IMG/VR virus record: IMGVR_UViG_3300031111_000011
Span: 1 to 64,000 of that record
DNA: 64,000 bases
Direction: 5' to 3' (one strand)
From: a virus
Shown: positions 34,649-44,807 of the stretch, one piece after another
How positions within the stretch are numbered: position 1 is the first letter of the stretch
How the letters are laid out: every line of letters begins with the position of its first letter
The notes under the pieces: generated by a model
Told to the model about the DNA's origin: nothing
The model's input: only the letters and a program-made list of their open reading frames with translations
The model's database searches: none
Translations under genes and position numbers: made by a program

Positions 34649-35940
34649 TAGCCCACCTTTCCGAAGAGGGGAATCACCTGGGCTGTCTTGGGTGCGTGGA
34701 CCCCGTCATCCTCCCAAGGATGGAACTGAGCAGCCCACTCATCGATGAGCCTCTTCCCCTCCTCCTTGAGGGTCTTCTCAAAGTGGATGTAGTCCTGGGT
34801 GATCAGTGCTCCCATCTGGATTGGGTCACCCTTCTTCTGGATCGTATGAGAGAGCATCACACTCACCAGACGTTCGTTCCCAGACACCTCATAGAGTTTG
34901 GTAGCCAGAGTGTGTCGGAACTTGTGGAAGGATTCACTCTCCTTCCTACTCTTGCCCTTCTGGACCCCAAACAACAGTTCCCTGGCCTGATTGATTGGTC
35001 GTCGAGAGTGCCATTTGAACCGGAACACCTTACCAGTGTATTTGGCCGATCCGTGTTTTTTGGACTGTACCAATTTAATAGCGTCCTTGACGATCTCAGG
35101 CATGTAGAACCATGCCCACTTCCCGTCATTCGGACCCTTTCGCAGGAACTTGAGGGTTCCTTCCTTCCAGTCGATCCGGTCCCACCACACTCCCACATCC
35201 TTCTTATGGTTCCCGTTCCCAGTGAGTTCATGGACTCGGAACCCCATGAAGAAGCCCAGGCAGACCTGGGCGTAAGCTTCGGCCCATCGGAGTCCATCCA
35301 CCCCCTCAGTTTGTCTGTACAGGAACCGTAGCAGCTTGGCTACTTCCTCATCCGTGAACGTCCGGACATCCTCCATCAATTCCTCCTCAGTAGGTTCGGT
35401 GCTGACAGGTTTGACCAGATCAGCCGGGTTAGCCCCGGCGTACAGACCCTCCCCAAGGGCAAACTTGTACAGGTTCCGGATCGTGCTGATGAAGGCGTTG
35501 ATCGTGGTCGGTGCGTAGTGCCCCTCCTTGACCAAAGCCCTCTGAAACACCCGGAGCTTGCCTGGGGTGATTGCCGCCAGGGGCTCATGTGCGAACCATT
35601 TCTTAAACCGCTGGTTGTACTTGGATTGGTAGTTCGGCACAGCCGATGCTCCCACCTTTTCCATGTGCTCCAGCCACAACTTGTACGCCCGACTGAAAGT
35701 GATCGCTTCGAGCTTGTCCGGGATGGCCTGTCCCAGTTTGAGCTTCTGAAGCATCTTATTCCGCTCCTCCTCAGCGATCTGAAGGGAGAATCCGTTGTCC
35801 TCCCTGCCCACCTGGAACCGCTTGTTCTTACCATCCACCTTCACCATGAAGCTGAAGGTCTTGCCATCCCTGCCGTGGTAGGTGTAACAGCCCCGGTGCC
35901 GCTTGCTTGCTACGTGTGTCCCGATTTTCCCCTTTGCCAT
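34648..35940 (-). CDS. int: tyrosine recombinase / phage integrase
   Basis: HKFRHTLATKLY..LSHT region consistent with R..HxxR..Y catalytic residues; AAAGGAGG RBS then ATG at 35940 (MAKGKIG). Confidence 0.85.
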   Translation of the reverse strand: MAKGKIGTHVASKRHRGCYTYHGRDGKTFSFMVKVDGKNKRFQVGREDNGFSLQIAEEERNKMLQKLKLGQAIPDKLEAITFSRAYKLWLEHMEKVGASAVPNYQSKYNQRFKKWFAHEPLAAITPGKLRVFQRALVKEGHYAPTTINAFISTIRNLYKFALGEGLYAGANPADLVKPVSTEPTEEELMEDVRTFTDEEVAKLLRFLYRQTEGVDGLRWAEAYAQVCLGFFMGFRVHELTGNGNHKKDVGVWWDRIDWKEGTLKFLRKGPNDGKWAWFYMPEIVKDAIKLVQSKKHGSAKYTGKVFRFKWHSRRPINQARELLFGVQKGKSRKESESFHKFRHTLATKLYEVSGNERLVSVMLSHTIQKKGDPIQMGALITQDYIHFEKTLKEEGKRLIDEWAAQFHPWEDDGVHAPKTAQVIPLFGKVG

Positions 35941-36106
35941 TCTACCTCCTTTCGTGGGGTAACAAACCCCGGTTTGATTGTGACTTTCTTGTGACTTTTG
36001 GCCCGTCATGACTTACTGCAATAATTCAATTTTTCAAGTCTGGGCAAATATAACAACTCCGCAAACCTTTGTCAATAGCGAACTTCTCGTGTGTTATCAG
36101 TACCTT

Positions 36107-36124
36107 CTGCTCACATCTGAGAAG
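36107..36124 (+). promoter_or_regulatory. Palindromic motif CTGCTCACATCTGAGAAG, site 7 (preceded by TACC)
   Basis: In the 250-bp non-coding gap between integrase and morphogenesis module. Confidence 0.45.
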
Positions 36125-36173
36125 CTCGATTCGTTACCCCTGCGTCCAGAACCACTCACTCTAATTTACTCAA

Positions 36174-36212
36174 TAAAAAAAGGGACATAGCCTATAATTT
36201 GGCTATGTCCCT
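36174..36212 (-). terminator. Rho-independent terminator ending the late (-) operon
   Basis: - strand: AGGGACATAGCC-loop-GGCTATGTCCCT followed by TTTTTTT. Confidence 0.65.
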
Positions 36213-36244
36213 CGTGTGTGTTTGTGACCTATAGGTGACTTTAG

Positions 36245-36260
36245 TTCTCAATATTGAGAA
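36245..36260. promoter_or_regulatory. Perfect 16-bp palindrome TTCTCAATATTGAGAA, site 8
   Basis: Read directly; abuts the stop of the 108-aa gene. Confidence 0.45.
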
Positions 36261-36587
36261 TTAGGAACCACCCTCTGGTTGGGCAGGTTGGATAATGGCT
36301 GGTGGAGTGGATGGTAGGACAACTGGGGGCAGTTCCTTGACCATCGTGAATCCCATACCCACAAGTCCAGCAATGAAAGCGGCCAGTCCACCGAACAGTA
36401 CCTTCCGCTGATTACCCCGGAGTGTGTCTACCTCACCCCTGAGATCCTCAATGTGAGCCCGGTTGGTCGCGCACCGACTCCATCCACCGTTATTGGCTTT
36501 GGCATGAATCTCATCCACCTTGCTCTGGACAGACATAAGCCTTTCGTCAATGCGAACCAGGAGTTCGCCCATCTCAGCAGGATTCAT
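36261..36587 (-). CDS. membrane protein with coiled coil and C-terminal TM (108 aa)
   Basis: ORF track; last gene of the late operon. Confidence 0.5.
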   Translation of the reverse strand: MNPAEMGELLVRIDERLMSVQSKVDEIHAKANNGGWSRCATNRAHIEDLRGEVDTLRGNQRKVLFGGLAAFIAGLVGMGFTMVKELPPVVLPSTPPAIIQPAQPEGGS

Positions 36588-36997
36588 TACACCCCCTTCT
36601 TGAGCGCCATGAAGTCAGCGATCTTGCGGTAACCGAAAGCAGATCCTACGGCGATGCCGAGCATCCATTGGTACCACTGTGGGCAGGTAGCCAGGGCAGC
36701 AAACCCGACTGTGACCCACCCTGCTCCGGTTGGAAAGAAACAGAGGATGGCAGGAATCGAAAGGACAATGGTAAACCATTCATCCTTCCACCCGCTCTGG
36801 TTGATGGAGGTGTTCTCCCAGGCGATGTCCCCCTGCTGTTGGGTGAGCATCTTATTAATGGTAGCTTCGGTTTTCGCCTCAGTCACCTTGACCTTGGATT
36901 CAACCTCCACCTCTTTGATACGTTGCCGATGTCGGAACCAATCTGTGACGGGGGCCATCAGACCCCCGACCAGATCACCAAGGATCTTACCGACCAC
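36587..36997 (-). CDS. membrane protein (136 aa, 2 C-terminal TM)
   Basis: ORF track; ATGA overlap. Confidence 0.5.
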   Translation of the reverse strand: MVGKILGDLVGGLMAPVTDWFRHRQRIKEVEVESKVKVTEAKTEATINKMLTQQQGDIAWENTSINQSGWKDEWFTIVLSIPAILCFFPTGAGWVTVGFAALATCPQWYQWMLGIAVGSAFGYRKIADFMALKKGV

Positions 36998-39900
36998 TTC
37001 GTGACTCCTTCATAGTTTCCTTGATGATGTCGTGACGCTCCAGGATTAACAGGTCGATCTCTTCCCGCTTCTCCTGGGCAGTCATATCCTCATCAAGTTG
37101 GATAGCATCGATTTCCTTATTGATGGCTCTCACCTGTTTCATTGAGGCATTCATCAGTGGTCGGAGTTCGATCTTATCCTGGTTGTTGTCATAGTAGTTG
37201 TCAGCTTCAAGATCATCCTTTGCACTCCAAGATCTGAACGCTGTGTCTACCTCGGCAGCGAGGTCGTAGAACCGTTCGTAGTGCTTGGTGTACCCAGGAG
37301 TGTCGTGTCGCATCATTCCACCATTGAGCAGGTAGTAGTCCTCTTTTACGAGGGCTGGATCGGTTGGGAAGGACATCAGGTGCGGCATCACAATGTGGTC
37401 CGTCAGGGTGAGAGCGAGACGACCCACTGTTGCGAATTGGCTGTTGATGAAGTGGTCAAGGCGCTGTGGTGAAATAAACCCAGTGAGTTTACCAATGCCA
37501 CGAGCGGTCTTGCTGGTGCGGTGAGTCCACTGCATGTCAGGGTCAAGACTCTGTTTGCTCCGACTTACAATAGGAGCCCCCGTGTACCCGTCCTCACCCC
37601 CTTCACCGTCAGTCTGGGCCAGGACTTCCTCCATGAGAGGAGGAAAGCCAACTGCGAAGGTTTCCCGGAGGGTCTTCCAGGCAAACTTACCGACACTACC
37701 GTACTCACCTTCCTGCCAAGCTTCTGCCATGGCAGTTGGGAGTCCACTGAAGATCGCGCCTACCTCGAAAGGCATCGGGATCTGGAAGCGTTCTCCAAAG
37801 GCGTAGACATGGTAGTATCCCCACTTCTGGTGATACGGCAGATCACGATACTTGACCTTACGGTCTTCATCGTCATCGTGTGCCGTGTTCCATGCGTGGA
37901 GTGCCAGGGTCAGAGCCGAGAGCATTGCCCCTTTGTAGAGGATCTGCTTGCGGATCATCCCCAGAGCCCGTTTATCTTTACGGGCTTCACGAGCAAGTTT
38001 GTACAGACCCTGGATTCGAGCGTTGAGGAATGGGACCGTTCTTGTGAATACAGCAACGAATCCACTCTCTCCGCTCAGTCCGAAGTCCAGGATGTCCTTC
38101 GCTTCGAAAGCAGCCTCGAAGGAACTCTTGCCTTGAGCTTTTGTATTCTGGTAGAGGGCAACTCGCGTTGCCGACTCACTGAGCTCCATGAGCTTGCCCA
38201 GTTTACCTTCGCCCTTCATTGCCTTCTTGATTGCCTTCTGAGCACCCAGTGGATTGTCCGCACGGTAGTACCCACCAGAGAACCCACCACCCTGACTCAT
38301 CATCTCGACAACGTCTGGATGATTCCGCAGAGTAGCCCACATCCCCTTAGCCGTATCCACAACAGGAATGAACCCGTCCTTCATCACACCGGTAGCCATG
38401 GTGTCCCTGGTCATGTTTCGAACATGGAACCACGGGTTAGCGGTCACACCAAAGGTGAGCCCTCGCTTGAGTCCACCCATGATCTGGAAGACGGTGTTGT
38501 TCAGCCCCTTATGGTTAAGCTCCGTGAGAGCCTGGAACACATCGTTATCCTCGACCTTATAATACCGGGCCTTACCATCCACCCGAATCGAAATCAGATC
38601 GTTGCGTTTGGCAAGATCCTTCGGGTTACCCAGTACCCTGGTCATGAATGCCGATGTCCCCTTCTTCTCGCTCACCATGCCATTGGCTTTCAGTGAGTTG
38701 TAGAGCTTCTTGCGGGAGATGTTCTTGAGACTCTGGTCGATCAGGTACGTGTAGTTCATGACGAGATTCTCGATAGGATCACCGATCATCCCTTCCTTTT
38801 CACCTTCCTTGAGAGCCTTCACCGTACCCACGAACTTGTCGAGGGCTGTCGGTGCTTGGCTACCAAAGACCCCCTCTTCCTCCAGGTCGAAGACCCGGTT
38901 CAGAGGAATGTACACGTCCTTACGCCATGCCTTTTCCCATTCAGGATTCCAGATACCCGCCTTCCGGCAGAACTCTTTTACCGATTCATTATACTCCTTC
39001 AGGTGAGCCTTGACTTTGTCGTACTCACCGGCCTTGAGTTGATTATCAGCAGCCGCTCTGAGCTTTGCGATCTCAGCGTCAGTGTCGATGCCTTTACCAA
39101 AGATCCCGTCAGCAAACTCGCTACCTTTGACCCGTTTCAGTTCATCCACGGTGTCGGCAACAAGCCGAGCTTTGACGGCTTTCATGGTCTGGGCATCCAT
39201 ACCTTCAAACACACTGAGGAGCCCCTTCGAAGCATCCGGACGAGTAATGACCCAGTGGGTTGCCTTGTTGTACATTGGCTTGCCATGATGCAGGATCGTA
39301 CCCATGATTGCTGGCATCGATTGATGGAGACGACGGGACATGTACGCCGACATCTCAGCACCAACCCCAAGCTTCTCTTCGAGGGTCTTGAGCTTCCGGA
39401 ACCGGTCAACGCCCGTCAGGATTGTCCACTCCTTGAAGGCAGTGGCTGTGTCCACGGGATGACTCACTCCATCCAGGATCTTGGCAGCAGCACCCTTGAT
39501 GGTGTCCATCTTGGTTTTCCCCTCGCTCAGAGCGAGGTTCTTGGTAGCCTCATCCAGATCACGGGCCTTAGAATACTTACCCTTGATCCCTCGATCTTCA
39601 AGATGCTTGCGGTAAAGCTTATCCAACTCACTCTGGTCGCTGTAGAGCTTCTCAGGCAGGTTGAACTTCTTATGGAGTTGACCAATAGGGTCACCACCCG
39701 CCTCTCGTTTGAGGTATTCAAGCGGAGTCAGACCATCATGTTTCCATGGATTTCCTTTCACCTTAGTAGATCGGTGTTCAGTAAGGCCGTACTCGAAGTC
39801 GTATTTAAAGTCCTCCAGCGTTTTTCCTTGGGCTTCGGCAACGACCTTCATCCAGATAGCAGCCTGAACCTCTCTCGGGGACCACTCGTGATCAGTCTCC

Positions 39901-42900
39901 TCGCTGAGTTCATGAGCAAGTTGAAACAGCTTACGACGAGAAGCAGTATGCTCATCAGCCAGGAAGTTGGAGTCCAGAGTGGCAATCTCGAAGTTATGAG
40001 GAGCCTCTTCACCGTCCTTGAGAAGCCCTGCGTCCTTCCGCTCTCTGTACTCAGTCACCTCATTCCTGCTCTTGATGGCTGCGCGTACATTGGAAGCTGA
40101 GAGCAGAACGTGGCCGAAAAAGGCCCGATGCATCCACATATCATTCGTGGTTGCCTCAGTGTCACCTGTGAGAGCCCGGATAAACTCATCGACCTTATAA
40201 TTCTTGCTGAACGTCAGGTCGCCTGACAGAATCCGATCAAGGGCTTTCTTAACATTGGATGGGTATTTGCCTCCTGGTTTGTCACGCTTACCCATAAGGT
40301 AGAGGTACGTGTCCACCGCAAACTGGGTGTTGGTAGTAGCCTTCGCGTTAGGCGAAGTGAGCCCAAGGAGAATGTTGAAGAGAGGGGCATCCTTACCGAA
40401 GACCCTCTTAACTGTCTCCTGGTGGTTACTATACCATGTGACGGCTCGTGGGTTCTCCACGAGAACCTGCTTACACCAGTCCTTGTACTCTTTGTCAGTG
40501 TGTTTAAACTCACTCCACTCTCGCATATCCTTATGGATCAGCCGGTTCTTAGCAACCTCAAGGAGGTTGTCGATGTCCTTCATAGTAAGGGACACTTTGT
40601 CATCCGAGAACCCCATCACCTTTTTCAGCCATGCGTTCATGAACTCAAGGAACTTCTGGAAAACTTGCTTGCGCTTCATCGGGTTAAGTTTTTCGGCCCG
40701 ACGAGCGATCACCTCTTCGACAATGAGTCGGCGTTTCTCGATCTCCTTCTGTTCAGGAGTGAGGTCTTTCCGACCAGCGATATTCTTAAGGTCATCAGCA
40801 TAGAGATCCTTGACCTCCGCGTAAGCCTTCTTGGATTTCCTGATAGCAACATAAGCGCTGTCAAGGAACTCCTTGAAGAGTTTACCCGCCTCGTCCTTGG
40901 TGCTGCGAGTGTCAAACAGCTTGAGAAGCCCCCGGTGACCCACTTGCTCGTGGAGCCACACTTGGGTTGCACGTTTGGTGTCAGACAGACTGTCGGCCAC
41001 AAAGTAGATCTTGTCGGCCTCTTCATCCCACACTGCTTCCACACGGACCCCATTATTGGTGTCCTCTTTGGAGAGACGGTGCTTCTCAGGAAGCTGGTCA
41101 TGAGACTCAACCAATTCAATCTTGGCACCGCGACTACCCACCAGCTTCTGGAGTGTGTGGAGCTTGTCAAAGATCTGCTTTGAGGACTCTTTCTTGAGTT
41201 TACTCCGAGCCATCTTAGCAGCCTTGCTGTAACGAGGATTCCCTTCCTCGTCGTACTTCAGAGGGGTCTTCCTGTCGTTTGTCCCTTCAGGAGCAACATT
41301 CCCCGAACTATCCTCTTCGTAGGTCACACCTTCCTTGAGATCGTGTTTGACTTTAACCTTGCCCGATCCCTCGTACTTCTTCCTACCCCACTCCCTAAGA
41401 GGTTTCTCCTCAACCTCCCAGGTTCCATCAGCCTGTTCCACTGGCTGGTGCGTAAGTGGGTCTTCAAATTTCCGGATAGCTCGTTTGGCTGCTTCCTTGT
41501 TCTTATAGACCTTGCCTACGGTCTTGCTGACCGTAGGGGCTGGTTCGGATGTGACATTCGACGGAACATTTTCAACCTGCTTAGACTTCGGAGTGAGGAT
41601 TTCCTTGGTCTTGTCACCCAGGCCGAGCTCCATGTTGGCTTTCTCAGCCAGAGCCTCAGCGTCAGCTTTACGTTGAGCATCGACCTTCCTGCTTTCCTCA
41701 GCGGCTTTCCGTTTTTCAACAGCAGCTACCTGGGAAGGATGGAGGGCTGGTTTCGCCTCAAGCTTTGCGCCTTCTTTTTGGAAGAAGGCAGCATCGCTCT
41801 TGGCCTTCTGATCCACGACCTTGGCTTGTTGACTTTGTTGTTCTGCCTCGATGCCAGAGCGCACCTCTCCCGCCATCTGGGATTTCTGGACAGATCGTTT
41901 TTGCTCACTTGCCCGTTTAGTAGTCGCTGCTTTCTCAGCGATCTCAGCACGGGCTTTCTCGTTGGCACGAGCTTCACGTTCAGCCTTCCCTCGTGTCGTA
42001 GAAGGGTTCCCAGGTTGTTTACTTGCTTCCTTACGCGCCTGTTCCTGACGAGCTTGAACCTCAAGACGATCCACTTGCTCTTCGAGACGTTGGGCAAGAC
42101 CATCTGTGAGGACACCCATCCGAGGATCTCCAGTGGATGCTTTGAGAGCACTCAGGTCGTACATGACTCCCTTGAGTTTTGGGATACTCTCCTCACCAAC
42201 CACGAGAGCCCGGTGAGCAGCACGGAGAGACTTGGCAGCAGCCTTGTGCTCCTTAACCTCACTACCTTCCAGAGCGGGGAGCATGTTGTGGACAGCACCC
42301 ATCAGCCCTTTCGGAGTAGACACAAAGTCAACGAACTGCTGGAACTTATCTCGTTCCGCAGCAGCAGCGTCCATCTGAGCTTCACGGTTCGCACGTTGAA
42401 GTTGCTCCTCCTGCATACGAGCCTCAGCAGCCATGGTCGCTTCGATCTGGCGCTGACGATCACGAGCAGTCTGTTGACGGGCTACCTCAGCCTCTGCTTG
42501 GAGTTGTTCCTTGGTTTTCGCCTCGACCTTTTCTTCAGTAGATCCTCCAACACTGAAGGCTCCAGCGTCCTCCTCGACCTTGATTCCACCTTGGTCATCA
42601 TCCTTAGCAAAAGCCGTATCCAAATCTTCAGGAACTGAAGGCGCAGTTGTCTTGTTGGTTTCCGCATCAGCATTGGTTTCACCCTCCGCATCTGCTTCGG
42701 TTTGTTTCTTTGCCTTGACATGGGCGATGACATCGAATGGAGCTTTCACAGCAACACCGGCACCTGGGAGAAGCATACCGCCCACTGCACCGATCTTCAT
42801 GCTCTCGTTCCGGGAAGCTTTGAACTCCTCAGAACCTACCACCTCTTTGAAATCGTCAATGAGTTCCCCAACAGGAGCATCAGGGTTGGCCGCATACACA

Positions 42901-43694
42901 TCAGCAGCAGCCTCAGTGTACGCCTGGATTCCTTCTTCAAGACCCTCTCCAGCAGCACCTTGCATAAGCTTGCCGATGTAGAGCTTGAGCTTGTCACCCA
43001 TTTTCAGGGATTTTCCGAAGGCTCCTGCGACACGCTTCAGTGAGTTGATTTGGAGAAGGTTCCCGGCCATTTCAGCAGGGGTTCCAAGGGCAGCGTGAAT
43101 CAGAGCAGCATTGAACCGCACGTCCTCATCCTCGATCCCCTTGTCAATGAGATCCTTGTCCTTTTCCCCCATCATCTGCATGAAGGTAGTGGCTGTTCCG
43201 ACTGGAGCACTGAGTGCAGACGCAACCATAGAGGCACCATAGCGGCTCAGGCCAACACCAGCTTCTTCGATGGTTCCGAGAATGGTCCCTTTTTTGGAAG
43301 GGTCCATTTCATCCACTTTGTCTGGAAGGGCTTCTTCTACAGAGCCAATGTCCTCAACAGCTTGTTTACGCTTTGCTGTGTGTGGGTCATCCTGCGCAGC
43401 TTCAGCGGATCGCTTACGCATCTGAGCAAGATATCCACCGGAATTTAGTTCGACAGGCTTACCATCAAGGGTCCGATCCTGGAGCACCTTTGTGCCGTGG
43501 ATTGCATCTGAAAGGCCAACCCCAAGGGATTGGCCCATTCGTTTCAGGGCACCTGAGTGTTCTTCTTCGGGTTCGGATGTATTGAGTTGCTCGATCTCAG
43601 ACTCATCCACGTCCTCGATCACAAAGGTTTGTGTTTTTGGTTTTTCAGCTTCAAACTCGTCTTGATCGATATCCTCAATAATGAACTTTGCCAC
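36987..43694 (-). CDS. giant virion/internal (ejection) protein, 2235 aa, with HExxH motif and long coiled-coil middle
   Basis: GTG start after ACGAGGA; WLHEQVGH zincin-like motif; Ala/Glu/Lys/Gln-rich central region; occupies the slot of the internal core protein or vRNAP in podovirus gene orders. Confidence 0.7.
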   Translation of the reverse strand: MAKFIIEDIDQDEFEAEKPKTQTFVIEDVDESEIEQLNTSEPEEEHSGALKRMGQSLGVGLSDAIHGTKVLQDRTLDGKPVELNSGGYLAQMRKRSAEAAQDDPHTAKRKQAVEDIGSVEEALPDKVDEMDPSKKGTILGTIEEAGVGLSRYGASMVASALSAPVGTATTFMQMMGEKDKDLIDKGIEDEDVRFNAALIHAALGTPAEMAGNLLQINSLKRVAGAFGKSLKMGDKLKLYIGKLMQGAAGEGLEEGIQAYTEAAADVYAANPDAPVGELIDDFKEVVGSEEFKASRNESMKIGAVGGMLLPGAGVAVKAPFDVIAHVKAKKQTEADAEGETNADAETNKTTAPSVPEDLDTAFAKDDDQGGIKVEEDAGAFSVGGSTEEKVEAKTKEQLQAEAEVARQQTARDRQRQIEATMAAEARMQEEQLQRANREAQMDAAAAERDKFQQFVDFVSTPKGLMGAVHNMLPALEGSEVKEHKAAAKSLRAAHRALVVGEESIPKLKGVMYDLSALKASTGDPRMGVLTDGLAQRLEEQVDRLEVQARQEQARKEASKQPGNPSTTRGKAEREARANEKARAEIAEKAATTKRASEQKRSVQKSQMAGEVRSGIEAEQQSQQAKVVDQKAKSDAAFFQKEGAKLEAKPALHPSQVAAVEKRKAAEESRKVDAQRKADAEALAEKANMELGLGDKTKEILTPKSKQVENVPSNVTSEPAPTVSKTVGKVYKNKEAAKRAIRKFEDPLTHQPVEQADGTWEVEEKPLREWGRKKYEGSGKVKVKHDLKEGVTYEEDSSGNVAPEGTNDRKTPLKYDEEGNPRYSKAAKMARSKLKKESSKQIFDKLHTLQKLVGSRGAKIELVESHDQLPEKHRLSKEDTNNGVRVEAVWDEEADKIYFVADSLSDTKRATQVWLHEQVGHRGLLKLFDTRSTKDEAGKLFKEFLDSAYVAIRKSKKAYAEVKDLYADDLKNIAGRKDLTPEQKEIEKRRLIVEEVIARRAEKLNPMKRKQVFQKFLEFMNAWLKKVMGFSDDKVSLTMKDIDNLLEVAKNRLIHKDMREWSEFKHTDKEYKDWCKQVLVENPRAVTWYSNHQETVKRVFGKDAPLFNILLGLTSPNAKATTNTQFAVDTYLYLMGKRDKPGGKYPSNVKKALDRILSGDLTFSKNYKVDEFIRALTGDTEATTNDMWMHRAFFGHVLLSASNVRAAIKSRNEVTEYRERKDAGLLKDGEEAPHNFEIATLDSNFLADEHTASRRKLFQLAHELSEETDHEWSPREVQAAIWMKVVAEAQGKTLEDFKYDFEYGLTEHRSTKVKGNPWKHDGLTPLEYLKREAGGDPIGQLHKKFNLPEKLYSDQSELDKLYRKHLEDRGIKGKYSKARDLDEATKNLALSEGKTKMDTIKGAAAKILDGVSHPVDTATAFKEWTILTGVDRFRKLKTLEEKLGVGAEMSAYMSRRLHQSMPAIMGTILHHGKPMYNKATHWVITRPDASKGLLSVFEGMDAQTMKAVKARLVADTVDELKRVKGSEFADGIFGKGIDTDAEIAKLRAAADNQLKAGEYDKVKAHLKEYNESVKEFCRKAGIWNPEWEKAWRKDVYIPLNRVFDLEEEGVFGSQAPTALDKFVGTVKALKEGEKEGMIGDPIENLVMNYTYLIDQSLKNISRKKLYNSLKANGMVSEKKGTSAFMTRVLGNPKDLAKRNDLISIRVDGKARYYKVEDNDVFQALTELNHKGLNNTVFQIMGGLKRGLTFGVTANPWFHVRNMTRDTMATGVMKDGFIPVVDTAKGMWATLRNHPDVVEMMSQGGGFSGGYYRADNPLGAQKAIKKAMKGEGKLGKLMELSESATRVALYQNTKAQGKSSFEAAFEAKDILDFGLSGESGFVAVFTRTVPFLNARIQGLYKLAREARKDKRALGMIRKQILYKGAMLSALTLALHAWNTAHDDDEDRKVKYRDLPYHQKWGYYHVYAFGERFQIPMPFEVGAIFSGLPTAMAEAWQEGEYGSVGKFAWKTLRETFAVGFPPLMEEVLAQTDGEGGEDGYTGAPIVSRSKQSLDPDMQWTHRTSKTARGIGKLTGFISPQRLDHFINSQFATVGRLALTLTDHIVMPHLMSFPTDPALVKEDYYLLNGGMMRHDTPGYTKHYERFYDLAAEVDTAFRSWSAKDDLEADNYYDNNQDKIELRPLMNASMKQVRAINKEIDAIQLDEDMTAQEKREEIDLLILERHDIIKETMKESRSGR

Positions 43695-43705
43695 TGTAGT
43701 CCTCG

Positions 43706-44800
43706 TTACTGTTCATTTGCGGTTTTATATACCTGCCACTGGCCGCGCACCTTCTTGTAAAATTGATCACCAATTTTCTTCATCGCCCCGTCCGGAGAAT
43801 CCGGAAAAGCTTTGGCGAGTGCACCTTCAGGGGTGTCTGCGTCAACCTCAGCAGGTTTCGGTTTCCCTTTACCACCCACTCCGTAGCCGCCACCTCCCTT
43901 GAGATCCTCCCTGGTGAAGCCAGTGAGTTCCAGGGCATCATCGATGATTTGCTCTCTACGGTTTCCGCGAACATCTTTAGCTCCGGAAACGAGACTCTTC
44001 AGGATTGCCATCCGATCACTCCTGTCTTTCTTAGAGAGTGTCCGGATGATGGCTTCCTTACGTTTGCTTCCGTCAGGAAGATTGAGAGCCTCTTCGAGGA
44101 GAGCGGCGTCTTTCGCAGCAGCACCCTTGTTCGGGTCAGTCTTACGAGCCTTAGCGTTGATACCTGCAACACCAAGAGAGGTTTTCGAACTGAGCTTCGC
44201 ACGGTCCATCGCGGCAGTGTTGTTCGCATCAGCAATATTTTCACGGGAGGTACGATCTGCGGCTCTCTCTGTGGAATCATGTTTCAGCTTGTCGTCCTGG
44301 AGTTTCTTGGCGTTCTTGTGCTTCATGTTCAGCACTTCCTGCTGGAAAAACAGCTTGCCGTCAGACACATAGTTATCCATCTGTTTCTGCATCTGTTCCA
44401 CTGTTTGGAACTGCATCACTGGTTTTGCCTCTGGATCGTAGACTGCATTTCCGTTCTCGTCGTATTTCCCTTTATAGAAGCTTATGATCCCATTTTCACC
44501 GACTTCACCAGGGACAACGGTCTGACCATCTTCGAGGTGAGTGTTGTAAACCTTTGCAGCAGCGTTGGCACTGCGATCACCAAGCATCCAATCCTTACGA
44601 GCAGCGAGACTTTTCTGAGCAGCACGTTGAGCAGCGATTTTCATCTCATGCTCATCCTTCTTCATCTGATGCGTTTCCTCTTGCATCTCCAGAAGTTTGT
44701 CGTCTTTCTTCTTCTTCTGTGCGTCTTTGTAGCCTTGGATTCCGATCTTAAGACCGCTATCAAAACCTTCAGCCATTGAATCCCAAATTCCTGGCATCAT
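43706..44800 (-). CDS. internal virion protein (364 aa)
   Basis: Lys/Asp-rich, Gly-rich C-terminus; position. Confidence 0.6.
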   Translation of the reverse strand: MMPGIWDSMAEGFDSGLKIGIQGYKDAQKKKKDDKLLEMQEETHQMKKDEHEMKIAAQRAAQKSLAARKDWMLGDRSANAAAKVYNTHLEDGQTVVPGEVGENGIISFYKGKYDENGNAVYDPEAKPVMQFQTVEQMQKQMDNYVSDGKLFFQQEVLNMKHKNAKKLQDDKLKHDSTERAADRTSRENIADANNTAAMDRAKLSSKTSLGVAGINAKARKTDPNKGAAAKDAALLEEALNLPDGSKRKEAIIRTLSKKDRSDRMAILKSLVSGAKDVRGNRREQIIDDALELTGFTREDLKGGGGYGVGGKGKPKPAEVDADTPEGALAKAFPDSPDGAMKKIGDQFYKKVRGQWQVYKTANEQ

Positions 44801-44807
44801 TTACTCC

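Noticed and set aside
36987-43694. Long + strand ORFs 37521..38696, 38856..40100, 40422..41183, 41343..42638 and 43763..44779 overlapping the giant - strand genes
   Set aside because: They are antisense shadow frames of much longer - strand genes. They lack RBSs, have a low-complexity Leu/Ser/Arg-rich composition, and are nested inside better-supported ORFs.
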